Of a DNA stretch of 64,000 nucleotides, positions 1-9,315 are shown one piece after another. Within the stretch, counting starts at the first letter, position 1, and each line of letters starts with the position of its first letter. The DNA lies in assembly GCA_020353515.1 (NCBI GenBank), contig CP070695.1, positions 2,822,539 to 2,886,538 on the forward strand. Direction: 5' to 3'. Below the pieces are notes generated by a model. The model had not been told where the DNA came from, did no database searches, and was given only the letters and a program-made list of their open reading frames with translations. The translations under genes and the position numbers were made by a program. The DNA comes from Candidatus Heimdallarchaeota archaeon (GTDB lineage Archaea > Asgardarchaeota > Heimdallarchaeia > Hodarchaeales > Hodarchaeaceae).

Positions 1-156
1 CCAGTTAGAGTTAGAGATTATGTTGAATGGGAAAAACGCTTTCTTCCAGCTCGAGACATGGGGATTTTGGTTGTTTCAACCTCAGAAGGAGTAATGTCTC
101 ACCATGAGGCAATAGAAAAAAACCTGGGTGGACGATTACTGGCTTATGTGTATTAG
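1..156 (+). CDS. rps8: 30S ribosomal protein uS8, C-terminal part (5' truncated by window edge)
   Basis: Frame 1 reads [51 protein letters not shown], the typical archaeal uS8 C-terminus; directly precedes uL6. Confidence 0.97.
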   Translation, partial: PVRVRDYVEWEKRFLPARDMGILVVSTSEGVMSHHEAIEKNLGGRLLAYVY

Positions 157-180
157 CTTCAAGTTTGGAGCGTATTTATA

Positions 181-738
181 ATGAAACATTATGCGATCGA
201 AAAGATCATCGAGGTACCTGAAAATACCACAGCTTCTCTTACTCCTGTCCGTGGAGGAAAAACTGTTCAAATTAAAGGACCTAAAGGTGAACTCGTGCGT
301 ACTTTTAAACAACTGAAAGTTCAATTATTTTTCATTGACAATAAATTTGTTATCCAAAGCTTCTTTGGTAATAAAGCGGAAGCATCCATGGTTGGAACCA
401 TAGCAGGCCATTTAACCAACATGATAAAAGGAGTCACAGAGGGATTCACTTATAAGGTACGTGTGATTACGTCTCACTTTCCCGCTACAGTCGAAATCCA
501 AGAGCAGGAGCAATTGATTTACGTTAAGAATCTTTATGGAAGACGAGATCCTATAAGAATTCCATTTGATAAATCAGTCAAGATCACCGTAAAAGGAGAT
601 ATGGTAACCATGACTGGAATTGACATTGAAAAGGTCTCACAGGCCGCAGCAAGGTTAGCAGAAGCTACTCGTTTACGAGGACGGCGAAGTAAGGATCCAA
701 CGGTCTTTCAAGATGGCCTTTACGTAGTATACCCTTAG
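181..738 (+). CDS. rpl6: 50S ribosomal protein uL6
   Basis: KGPKGEL, NMIKGVTEGF, HFP and KDPTVFQDGLYV motifs; follows uS8. Confidence 0.97.
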   Translation: MKHYAIEKIIEVPENTTASLTPVRGGKTVQIKGPKGELVRTFKQLKVQLFFIDNKFVIQSFFGNKAEASMVGTIAGHLTNMIKGVTEGFTYKVRVITSHFPATVEIQEQEQLIYVKNLYGRRDPIRIPFDKSVKITVKGDMVTMTGIDIEKVSQAAARLAEATRLRGRRSKDPTVFQDGLYVVYP

Positions 739-924
739 AATGTAAAAGATTAGGGATATACGAGCCTTTTGTATTTTTTATGAGTTAGAAGAAACCAACT
801 TTCTTAGCTAAGTAGATTTTCAATTAAAAAGATTAAAAAAAAGAGTTCACATCAAGAATTAAAACTTCAAATACTAAATAAATTCTTATATCTACTGAAC
901 CATTTACATCAATAGACATCTTTT

Positions 925-1051
925 GGGCCTGTAGCTCAGTTTAGGGTGTAAAGGGTTTCCCCACCTCTGAAATGGTTAGAGCGTCCGGCTCATATAGCCC
1001 AATTATGCTTGAGAAACCGGATGGTCGTGGGTTCAAATCCCCCCAGGCCCA
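925..1051 (+). tRNA. tRNA with CAU anticodon, probably tRNA-Ile2; two introns (942-972 in D-loop, 995-1015 at 37/38)
   Basis: Acceptor GGGCCTG/CAGGCCC+A, D-stem GCTC/GAGC, anticodon stem TCCGG/CCGGA with CT-CAT-A, T-loop TTCAAAT; both insertions fold as bulge-helix-bulge. GGGCC acceptor resembles archaeal Ile rather than Met tRNAs. One U:C mismatch in T-stem. Confidence 0.9.
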
Positions 1052-1066
1052 TTCCTTGTTCAAAAA

Positions 1067-1171
1067 GGCATCATAGCTCAGTTAGGTAGAGCGTCCGGCT
1101 GTTAATTTGTATCTCTTAAAGATTACGATACAGATACCGGGTGGTCGCAGGTTCAAGTCCTGCTGGTGCCG
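1067..1171 (+). tRNA. tRNA-Asn(GTT) with canonical 37/38 intron (1105-1135)
   Basis: Acceptor GGCATCA/TGGTGCC+G, anticodon CT-GTT-A, T-arm GCAGG-TTCAAGT-CCTGC; CTGT/ACAG central helix of a relaxed BHB motif. Confidence 0.93.
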
Positions 1172-1200
1172 TTTCTCTCTTTTTAACAATGCTTAAAGGA

Positions 1201-3060
1201 TCAATCACTTTCTCTTATTGTGTGGTTTGACACAACAAAGTTCTCCAAAACAGGCTGAATTGACGTAAAAGGGACTCCTGTTGTAGCAATGAGACTACTG
1301 ACAAGAATTATATTCATTTGATCCAGTTCTTCTATCGAAAAATCTTTATCTGAAAGAAGGATGCTTACAAATTGTGAGGTTAGAAGGGGGAACTCTGGAT
1401 CATTGAAAGGAACTTTTTTCAAGACAGTCTTAATATTTTGAATAAATGAAACCCCTAACTCAACAAATTTATTATTTAAAGGTATTTCAAAAAAATCAAA
1501 ATTGTAAAGGAGTTCTTCCACCTCAACAGGAGAAGGTTCAAGATCTGATACGAAAATGGCTTCTTTTGTGATCATTTCTAGGTGAAGGGCTAGTCGTTTT
1601 TGTTTGAAAACATTATCGCTCCGAATTAATCGTTTTACAGTCAATCTAACATCGTGATAGTATTTATCATCACATTGATCACCTAAATAATTAATGGCTT
1701 GAAGAAGCGTTAGAATTGTTCGTCCAAAATTCTTGATGGCCGTTTGGTGGCCTTGGAAGACATCTTGTCTGAAATCTCGGGAAAGAATCATAATGGATAC
1801 ACGAAGTAAATTTTCAAAGAAGTGACCGAAGTGGCTATCCTTCGTTTGTTTTATTTCATCAAGAGTTTCTTCTAGCTCTGATATCTCTTCCTGATCTATT
1901 GCATATCGCTTCATAGATGCTTCTAATTCATCAACATTCCTTTGTTGAATTCCAGCTGGATACTCTCTTTTATGAACATGAGATGCCTTTAAAATCGGAA
2001 CGATTGCGAGATTTTGCCTTTCTGGATCTTTTTGCTCTTGATAAATATCTTCGATTAATTCAATAGCCTTAGATAGGTGATAAAACACAAAATCTTCCCC
2101 TAAAAGATATTCTAATGCTAGGTTAAAGATAGCTCCGAACCATTTTACATGAAAGCTTTTCGAAAATGAAAAGCTGGTCAAAAAAATGTTCTCTATATGC
2201 CACATTTCACGAGTAATTAGCGAAGGATTAATGTAATACTTATTGAAAATATAATGTTTAAGTTTTCGAGATGGTTCATAATCGATAGAATTTTCCTCTA
2301 AGACCATTGCGGGTAGCCAAACAGGAATGAGAGAAATCGTATAATTGAAGGCTTTCGCAAATTCATTAAGATCTTTGATCTTTATCTCTCCCTTTTGGAA
2401 TGGAATTTCAAGAACGGGTGGTGTAATACCCTCTGATTCCTCTATACGAAGTTCAACACTATAGAAATCTACTAGTGGATTGCTTAAACCTCTCTTCATC
2501 ATCTCCACATTGACAAAAATATCCTTGAGAGAAAATAGAGCAATTTGTGAAATTTGTTTAAGAAAAGTTATTAGTTCATCTTGATCGAAACTTTCAGGCG
2601 GCATAATAGAAGCTAAATTAGTGAAAAAATCTAAACTAAAAACTAAGGAGCTCCGTAATCGAACCTCTAAACCACGTTGTCGTTGGATAGAATGGAGAAT
2701 TTCGTGATAAATTAATCCAATGAGTCCATTTCGATGAACAGATTTAAGCAGGGGAGATTCTTTTTCTAATTGAATGAATACAAATTCTGTATCCTTATAA
2801 CCATACGAAAAAGAAGTCTGAAAAGGATCTGCAAAAAATCGTTTAAGATCATCAATCTTTTCTTGTGGTAAATCAGTTTTTGTCATATACGAAAGGACTT
2901 CAGCTTTGTTTTTAATATCCGAGAAAATCAATGTCAATTGTATTATTGGTTCACAGAGGGTCTTCAACATTGGAGAGGCTAGAATTTCCTCTAGATCATC
3001 CTCAATATCCTTAAAAAAATCTAATAAAACAATATTCAGAGAACTACCTGAATTTATCAT
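1201..3060 (-). CDS. Hypothetical protein with HExxH motif (possible zincin-like domain)
   Basis: 619-aa ORF; GLIYHEILHSIQR in the N-terminal third, remainder helical. Confidence 0.6.
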   Translation of the reverse strand: MINSGSSLNIVLLDFFKDIEDDLEEILASPMLKTLCEPIIQLTLIFSDIKNKAEVLSYMTKTDLPQEKIDDLKRFFADPFQTSFSYGYKDTEFVFIQLEKESPLLKSVHRNGLIGLIYHEILHSIQRQRGLEVRLRSSLVFSLDFFTNLASIMPPESFDQDELITFLKQISQIALFSLKDIFVNVEMMKRGLSNPLVDFYSVELRIEESEGITPPVLEIPFQKGEIKIKDLNEFAKAFNYTISLIPVWLPAMVLEENSIDYEPSRKLKHYIFNKYYINPSLITREMWHIENIFLTSFSFSKSFHVKWFGAIFNLALEYLLGEDFVFYHLSKAIELIEDIYQEQKDPERQNLAIVPILKASHVHKREYPAGIQQRNVDELEASMKRYAIDQEEISELEETLDEIKQTKDSHFGHFFENLLRVSIMILSRDFRQDVFQGHQTAIKNFGRTILTLLQAINYLGDQCDDKYYHDVRLTVKRLIRSDNVFKQKRLALHLEMITKEAIFVSDLEPSPVEVEELLYNFDFFEIPLNNKFVELGVSFIQNIKTVLKKVPFNDPEFPLLTSQFVSILLSDKDFSIEELDQMNIILVSSLIATTGVPFTSIQPVLENFVVSNHTIRESD

Positions 3061-3278
3061 AAGTCTTGCTTCCAGAAGATAGATTGTTGATCCAATAAGC
3101 TATAAAATGATCTTTAAAAAAGTCTCTTTCTTTCATCTTCAAACATTTTAATTGATAATAATCTTTATAAAGGGCTTATAAATATTTGAGGATATTTGAT
3201 TGATAACATCTCACGATCTATAAAAAATAGCTTTTGAAACACAGAGGGAACAAATTATCTGGGTTTAGTGAAATTTAA

Positions 3279-4820
3279 ATGGCTTATCAACGCAAAACGT
3301 GGAAAAAGTTTATGAAAACAATATTATCCCAGATTTCTGTCTATATTGAAAATTATTCCCCTTCAGATCAGATCATACTCAATGAATTCATTTCTATTCT
3401 ACAAAATTACGAAGTTGATACCCAAGAAGCCCGTCGTCATCTTTTTCAACTTTTTGAGAGTTTCCAGACCAAATATCGTGACAGTGAGAAGTTATTAACT
3501 CAACCTTTCCTGTGGTTTGTTGAGAGTTATTTCACAAACGCCTCTAAATTACTGAGTGTTGCTAGTTTTCATGCGGATGATTTTTATGAATATTTCGTAA
3601 AGCAGCTCCGTGGTTATCCAGACATAGAGGGAGTCTTTAAACTACTTCAGAAAGGAACACCATTAACAGATCTCAGATGGGAACAGCTTCAATATGCTTG
3701 TAATCGTCTTAGCGTTCCTCTCAAAAGCGAGGAACTTCATGCTCTTGAAACAGTACACAATCTATCTCTGGAAACAGGAATAAATGCTCTAGATCAAAGG
3801 TACATAAAGACTAATATATTTAACAATGTAAAATCACCTACTCTCTTAAAAAAGATAGAAAATCTCTTTCTAAGATTAGATTCTAGATGGCTCCTTCGGT
3901 TTTATACCCCTGCATTTGACTTGGAGCTACTATTTTTTCAGTTTCAATTAAATAAATCGACTTCTTTGAGAGAAATTATTGATTTTCAAAATCCAAATAA
4001 CACCACTCTATGCAATAGTAGTGTCTATTGGATAAGGGGTTTCCGAAATATGTATTGTGGAATTTTAGTTGTACCTACAAGTTCTATTCTTTCCTTACAA
4101 AGATATTTACAAAGATGTCACCGTCAAGGTCAAATAGTTCTCTATGAGTTGACAAAAATCATTACTTCTCGATTAAGTGTTTCATTGCTACTCTATCAGA
4201 CTACTAAAGGGTGGCGTACTCCAACCCAAACAGATTGGAACAGGTTAGTTCCAATGTTAAAAACTCTGTACCCACGTAAAATGCGCATGAAACTTACATC
4301 TTTTTACTTAACACCCCCATTTAATGAGCTTAAGCTTGATCATCATGATTCCTCTCAACTAATTAGTCTTTTTTGCAAAATTCCTAGACAATTTTCATTT
4401 AAAGAATTACCATTAGGCGCAAATGAAGATCAAATACAGTTCGAACTATCTAAAGCTGATATTAAGCTATTAGAGGAAATATGTCTTCGAAAAATTGTGC
4501 AAATCAGTTTTATTTCTACAAGATTAATCTATGAGTTTTCCCTGGACAATTATTGGATAAAACTTCCCAAAATGCCTCTCAATCAACTTTCAAGGTTATT
4601 GGCTTGGATTCCTTTTTGTCGTCTTTATTTTGCAGAAAAAAATATTTTTATTTGGTCTTATTTAACTCAAGAGTTGGCCCAATGGTTAAGTACAGATCTT
4701 GAATGGACTGTTATGCGAATTATAGAAAATCATACCCCCTTAAGTTTTAGTTTTAATTGGTACACTTCCAAATCTCAACAGTGGAAAACACCTCTCATTT
4801 TAACCACCGAGAGGCAATAA
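3279..4820 (+). CDS. Uncharacterised ~510-aa family protein, copy 1 (putative peptide-associated regulator)
   Basis: Full-length similarity to 11688-13220 and 44021-45562 (PFLWF, ASFH..FY.Y, WEQLQ, FYTPAFDL, WKTPLIL). Confidence 0.85.
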   Translation: MAYQRKTWKKFMKTILSQISVYIENYSPSDQIILNEFISILQNYEVDTQEARRHLFQLFESFQTKYRDSEKLLTQPFLWFVESYFTNASKLLSVASFHADDFYEYFVKQLRGYPDIEGVFKLLQKGTPLTDLRWEQLQYACNRLSVPLKSEELHALETVHNLSLETGINALDQRYIKTNIFNNVKSPTLLKKIENLFLRLDSRWLLRFYTPAFDLELLFFQFQLNKSTSLREIIDFQNPNNTTLCNSSVYWIRGFRNMYCGILVVPTSSILSLQRYLQRCHRQGQIVLYELTKIITSRLSVSLLLYQTTKGWRTPTQTDWNRLVPMLKTLYPRKMRMKLTSFYLTPPFNELKLDHHDSSQLISLFCKIPRQFSFKELPLGANEDQIQFELSKADIKLLEEICLRKIVQISFISTRLIYEFSLDNYWIKLPKMPLNQLSRLLAWIPFCRLYFAEKNIFIWSYLTQELAQWLSTDLEWTVMRIIENHTPLSFSFNWYTSKSQQWKTPLILTTERQ

Positions 4821-4840
4821 TTACTCAACTAGTGCAATTT

Positions 4841-4870
4841 AGGAAATGAGAGGAGAAATAAAGGAGAAAG
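4841..4870 (-). terminator. Pyrimidine-rich tract downstream of peptide ORF 1
   Basis: Plus strand aggaaatgagaggagaaataaaggagaaag gives a T/C tract on minus; equivalent tracts at the other two loci. Confidence 0.4.
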
Positions 4871-4912
4871 TTTGATCCAAAAATCATGAAGCTACTTTTT
4901 AGGATCATTTTC

Positions 4913-4951
4913 CTATTGATCTGGGCCAATGCCGCCAGGAGGAGGGGACAC
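4913..4951 (-). CDS. Tiny proline-rich peptide 1, MSPPPGGIGPDQ (12 aa, GTG start)
   Basis: Minus strand GAGGT-taaaatt-GTG TCC CCT CCT CCT GGC GGC ATT GGC CCA GAT CAA TAG; same position relative to the paralog as peptides 2 and 3. Confidence 0.7.
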   Translation of the reverse strand: MSPPPGGIGPDQ

Positions 4952-5054
4952 AATTTTAACCTCATACCTCCACTCCTACAATTTAATATAATCTCCCAAC
5001 TTTTTTTCCTAGATGAATTGCAACAAGTGGAAAAAAATCCAAGATAATCTGTTT

Positions 5055-7235
5055 TTACAGATGAGTTTCAGTTGGATCAAAGACCAGATTTTGATAAGAT
5101 TCACGTAATCGTTTCTGTTGAGGAATATCTTGAAGTGTAGTAATATCCATTGAGGATGATGGATCAACAGGGAAATTGTGGGTCTTCATAAGAGAAATTT
5201 GACCGTTGATTGAGAGTAAACAACGTCGCTCATCAGGGTTTGCTTTTAATAAATCACGAAATTTCTCATAGTCAGTTTTAGATATACCAAGTAAGTTAGA
5301 TATGACATAAGGATCAAATTTGGTAAAGAAAACAGCCAAAACGCCTGTATTTGTTAATATAGGCTGCTCAACAATCGGATCAGTACCAATGAATATCATT
5401 GATATATCATAAGCCCGTAAGGTCCAAGGACCCTTTGCAATCATTGACTCTGGAGTCCTAGATGGGTAACTTCTAGCAGGAATGAGTTTTTGAATCTCAT
5501 CGAGAACAAATATATTCTTTGGAAGGCTACCCTCCTTGAAAGGTGATCGAAAGCTTCGAACAAAATAGTAAATGTATTGCAGGATAACATCTAGAAAGAT
5601 TTGTCTTCCTCTTTGGTCTTCCATTGACTCAAACGCTGAAAGGTCAATGATTCCATTCTGATCTAATAATTGGGATAATTCAAAAGTTGTTTTGTGAACA
5701 GTAAAACATCTGCCTGTATTACCAAAGAAGAGTTTTTCAATACGATTCAGAATACCTGCAGCGGTGTTATCGAGATAGGCGCCTTTCATTCCTAATTCAT
5801 GGGGCATGTTAAGGCAATTAAGAAATGTCTGAAAATCCCCCTGATCTTTCACAGTTTGAATGACCGCCAGATGAAGAAGACGACGCATTTGGGGCGAAAT
5901 CGCATCTGAATCTTCAAATGTATGTTCAAGAAGAGACACAACAAATTGAATATGATCCTCTATTGGTATAATGCTGTCTCCGTGTTCATTCTTGGGAATT
6001 TGGAAGATATTTATCCCCCAAGGAAATGTAGTAGAACCAGGTTTCAAATAAATTAAATCCTTACAAAAAGATTTAATTGGAGCTAAGTATTCACCTTTGG
6101 GATCAAAAATAAGGAATTTTACGCCCTTTAGGAGAAATTCCTTGATTAATCCATATACAAAACGACTTTTTCCCTCACCAGTCATACCAAAAACAGCCAT
6201 ATGTCTACTTAGATTCTTACCATCAATTAGAAGAGGAACATCTGAGGTCTTACCGCTAATAATAGGAATGCCAAGATTAATGGCTTGTAGAGGTGCTGTA
6301 CTATTAATACCAGAAGATAACATATAATCTTCTTTATTTGGGACAAGAGTGTAACCTTCATATGAGAATTGTCGTTGAGGAGGGGAAATTAGACTCATCA
6401 ATGAATAACCATCTAAAATCGTAGGAGAAGTTTGTTTTCGTTTTACACAGAGATTTCTAAGGGAAGAAAATCGATGCCAAAAAGTCGGATAGATACACAC
6501 TTTGAATCCATTAGAGATTAATAGAACTGATAATCTATCAAGTTTTAATTGTAGAGCCTTTAGGCTGTTTTCTACAATTATAACTCGCGGTGAGAATTTG
6601 AAACAACCAGTTTCTTCCATAATATTTTTTCTTTGAGGATGAAAACGACGTTCTACTTTTCCTTGTTGAATATCAAATCGAACTTGAGTCAAATGATTTT
6701 CTTGTCTTTTATTTGTCTGATATTCCTTCGGAAGTTTAACAGGTTCGAAAATCAATTGTACAAACGCAAATTGGGGAGATTCTGTTAAAATTTCAAGAAA
6801 ATCATCTGAAAAACCGTCAGCTGTTGTAATGGGTTGATCAATTTTATTTTCTAATCCTATTATTCCTCCACAATAGTATTTGGGACCACCTGAACCTAAT
6901 TGAAACCTGGGCCGAAGCATTTTTAGTATACTTTGAATAGGAGTTTCTCCTATCTTATGGTAATCAGGATGAAGCCCAAGTTTTGTTGCAAATTGTTGGA
7001 TAGTTGCGATTCCTCTTTCAATTCCTTTTTTACGGAACCACTCTTGTGGAAGAGGAATCATCTTGATCCAGACAGTTTTCGGATCAAAAATCGCATATTC
7101 TAATGAAAAAGCTTGTTTAGCATTTTGAAAAACCTTAATGCTAGATTTATCTGCTTTCAGAGGAACCTGGTCAAAATTAAAGGCAGGGATATTCTCAATC
7201 ATCAGAAACACATCTTCGTAGTATCTCCCCAACAA
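5055..7235 (-). CDS. HerA/VirB4-like P-loop ATPase (DUF87-type)
   Basis: RHMAVFGMTGEGKS Walker A, FLIFDPKGEY, FVLDEIQ Walker B. Confidence 0.85.
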   Translation of the reverse strand: MLGRYYEDVFLMIENIPAFNFDQVPLKADKSSIKVFQNAKQAFSLEYAIFDPKTVWIKMIPLPQEWFRKKGIERGIATIQQFATKLGLHPDYHKIGETPIQSILKMLRPRFQLGSGGPKYYCGGIIGLENKIDQPITTADGFSDDFLEILTESPQFAFVQLIFEPVKLPKEYQTNKRQENHLTQVRFDIQQGKVERRFHPQRKNIMEETGCFKFSPRVIIVENSLKALQLKLDRLSVLLISNGFKVCIYPTFWHRFSSLRNLCVKRKQTSPTILDGYSLMSLISPPQRQFSYEGYTLVPNKEDYMLSSGINSTAPLQAINLGIPIISGKTSDVPLLIDGKNLSRHMAVFGMTGEGKSRFVYGLIKEFLLKGVKFLIFDPKGEYLAPIKSFCKDLIYLKPGSTTFPWGINIFQIPKNEHGDSIIPIEDHIQFVVSLLEHTFEDSDAISPQMRRLLHLAVIQTVKDQGDFQTFLNCLNMPHELGMKGAYLDNTAAGILNRIEKLFFGNTGRCFTVHKTTFELSQLLDQNGIIDLSAFESMEDQRGRQIFLDVILQYIYYFVRSFRSPFKEGSLPKNIFVLDEIQKLIPARSYPSRTPESMIAKGPWTLRAYDISMIFIGTDPIVEQPILTNTGVLAVFFTKFDPYVISNLLGISKTDYEKFRDLLKANPDERRCLLSINGQISLMKTHNFPVDPSSSMDITTLQDIPQQKRLRESYQNLVFDPTETHL

Positions 7236-7671
7236 ATATTGATCTAATGTTTATTTACTCACAAAAATAAAAAAAATCTTGGAATACAGTTTATTCTTCA
7301 CACAAATTAATATAATTCTGACGTATTTTGTGGATATTCTCCCATGATACTTCCTCTTCTACAGGTAGTTTATTTATCAAATCCAAAATCGTCTTTAAAA
7401 GCTGATTAATAGGAATTTTTTTCATATTTTCAATTGATTTGAATTCTATTGGCTTTATTGAATATATTTTCTTGATACTGAGGTTTTTTCGTAGATTCTT
7501 TTGTTTAGGTAACAATAACTGGACTGAATTCAAAATTACCACGTCAATAACTTCAAAAGAAAGAAGAATATAATTACCCAAAAATCACAATTCGAGTTTT
7601 GATTCTACAATTTCCTCTTCTATCTCCTCTTCAGTTTCAATTCATTTTATCTTCCATTTCATCATCCATTT

Positions 7672-8637
7672 CTACTTCATTTTTTGGATAATGAATTTGG
7701 CGAATTTCTCACTTTGTTCATAATCCATTGGATAAGGGAACATAATCTGGAAATAATCAAATCCAAGGTCAATAAGATTTTCAAATCCTTGTTGAACAAC
7801 CTCTGGTGTACCAAAGAACACGTTAAGGTTATTAATGGACTTCATATATTCCGTAAGTGTTAGGCCCCTTAATTTCGCTCTTTCAGCTAAAATGGTGTCT
7901 AATTCATCCTGTGTTTCAGTAACAATAACTGATGCAAAGAATGATTTCCCGAGAGAATCATAATCACGATTTACTTTTTCGCAATGGTACTTCAAAGCAT
8001 CTAACAGCTCAGGAATGGCTTTTGGATCATTAAACCATCCGAAATTACAATAATCGGCATATTTAGCAACCATATTCAGAATTCTCTTCTTTCCCGTTCC
8101 TCCTATAAAAATTGGTGGTAAACGTTGTATAGGTTTAGGAGCTGAAAAAGCTTCTTTAATTTGGTAGTGTTTTCCATGAAAAGTTACCATAGGATCCACC
8201 CACAATTTCTTGATAATCTGGATAGATTCTTCTAATTGATCCATACGATCTTTAACAGAGGGAAATGGTATTCCATAGGCGTTATATTCGATTTCCTTCC
8301 ATCCTGCTCCGATCCCAAATTCTAATCTTCCATTCGAAATCATGTCAACAGTGGCAGCTATTTTTGCTAGGATTGCTGGATAACGATAACTATTACATGT
8401 AACAAGTGTTCCAAGACGTAGAGTGCTAGTCTTTGCAGCTAAAGCTGCTAATAGTGTCCATGCTTCCATACAGTTTTTTTCTTCTGACTTTTGGTCTAGA
8501 AAAAAATGATCACTAGACCAGATAGAGTAAAAACCTATTTTTTCAGCATTTAAAGCAATTTTTTCTACAGTAGCATAATCAAATCCTAGTTGAGGTTCAA
8601 TTTGTATACCAAAACGAATAATCATTAATTCCACCAA
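7672..8637 (-). CDS. LLM-class (F420-dependent) oxidoreductase
   Basis: WSSDHFF, RLGTLVTCNSYRYPAILAK, GRLEFGIGAGW, PPIFIGG. Confidence 0.93.
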   Translation of the reverse strand: MVELMIIRFGIQIEPQLGFDYATVEKIALNAEKIGFYSIWSSDHFFLDQKSEEKNCMEAWTLLAALAAKTSTLRLGTLVTCNSYRYPAILAKIAATVDMISNGRLEFGIGAGWKEIEYNAYGIPFPSVKDRMDQLEESIQIIKKLWVDPMVTFHGKHYQIKEAFSAPKPIQRLPPIFIGGTGKKRILNMVAKYADYCNFGWFNDPKAIPELLDALKYHCEKVNRDYDSLGKSFFASVIVTETQDELDTILAERAKLRGLTLTEYMKSINNLNVFFGTPEVVQQGFENLIDLGFDYFQIMFPYPMDYEQSEKFAKFIIQKMK

Positions 8638-9315
8638 TCCAGAGGAATATAAACAACTTATTTATCATCTTATTCTAGGTCATTCTAGTCATATTTTACA
8701 AATATTCGAATTCAAAGAATTAAAATGAATTTCATTGATCTTACTCATATTTTTGAGGATAGAATGCCAGGACTTAAACTGAAAAATGAAAATGGTTCGG
8801 ATACTGTATATACAGCAAAAATCTATCCATTCTTAACACATAAAGAAATAAAACCAAGACTGCCTTACAAATGCCTTAATTCCACCATTTCATTTGTAAA
8901 TTAAATTCTCTTCTCCTAACAATCCGTCATAAAACATAGAAAAACGGAACAAGATTCTATTTATCACCTAGGATAAGGAATTCTTGGAAATTTTCCCCTC
9001 CCAGGATGAATGTTAAAAACTGGGAGGGACTAGATAAAGTAGAAGTTCCACTAGGACATGTTCACAATTTTGACTATAAAAGCAAAGCTAGATAATCAGG
9101 AGTAGATGTTAAGATTATTACTATAAAAGTGGAAAAAAATGATTAAAATTGAAAATATGGAAGAAGAAAGACTTATTTTCAATATCATCACTCCTGATAC
9201 CCCAAAGCGAATTAAAAAGAAGCTTTATGATGCGATTGAAGACTTTGAAGAAAAACGATCAATTTAGAATTACTAATATTTGAATTAGTGATGTTAAACT
9301 TCTCAAAGGTACCCA

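Noticed and set aside
136-324. 62-aa minus-strand ORF
   Set aside because: Antisense shadow of uL6/uS8
1140-1171. tRNA 3'-end duplication marking an integrated element
   Set aside because: No second copy seen within the window
4825-4965. Alternative 46-codon minus ORF from ATG 4965 (MRLKLCPLLL...)
   Set aside because: SD spacing is poor and no equivalent frame exists at the other two loci, whereas the Pro-rich frame is shared
7291-7581. 96-aa Lys/Ile-rich ORF
   Set aside because: Low-complexity AT-rich sequence with TTG start and no motif; cannot be supported
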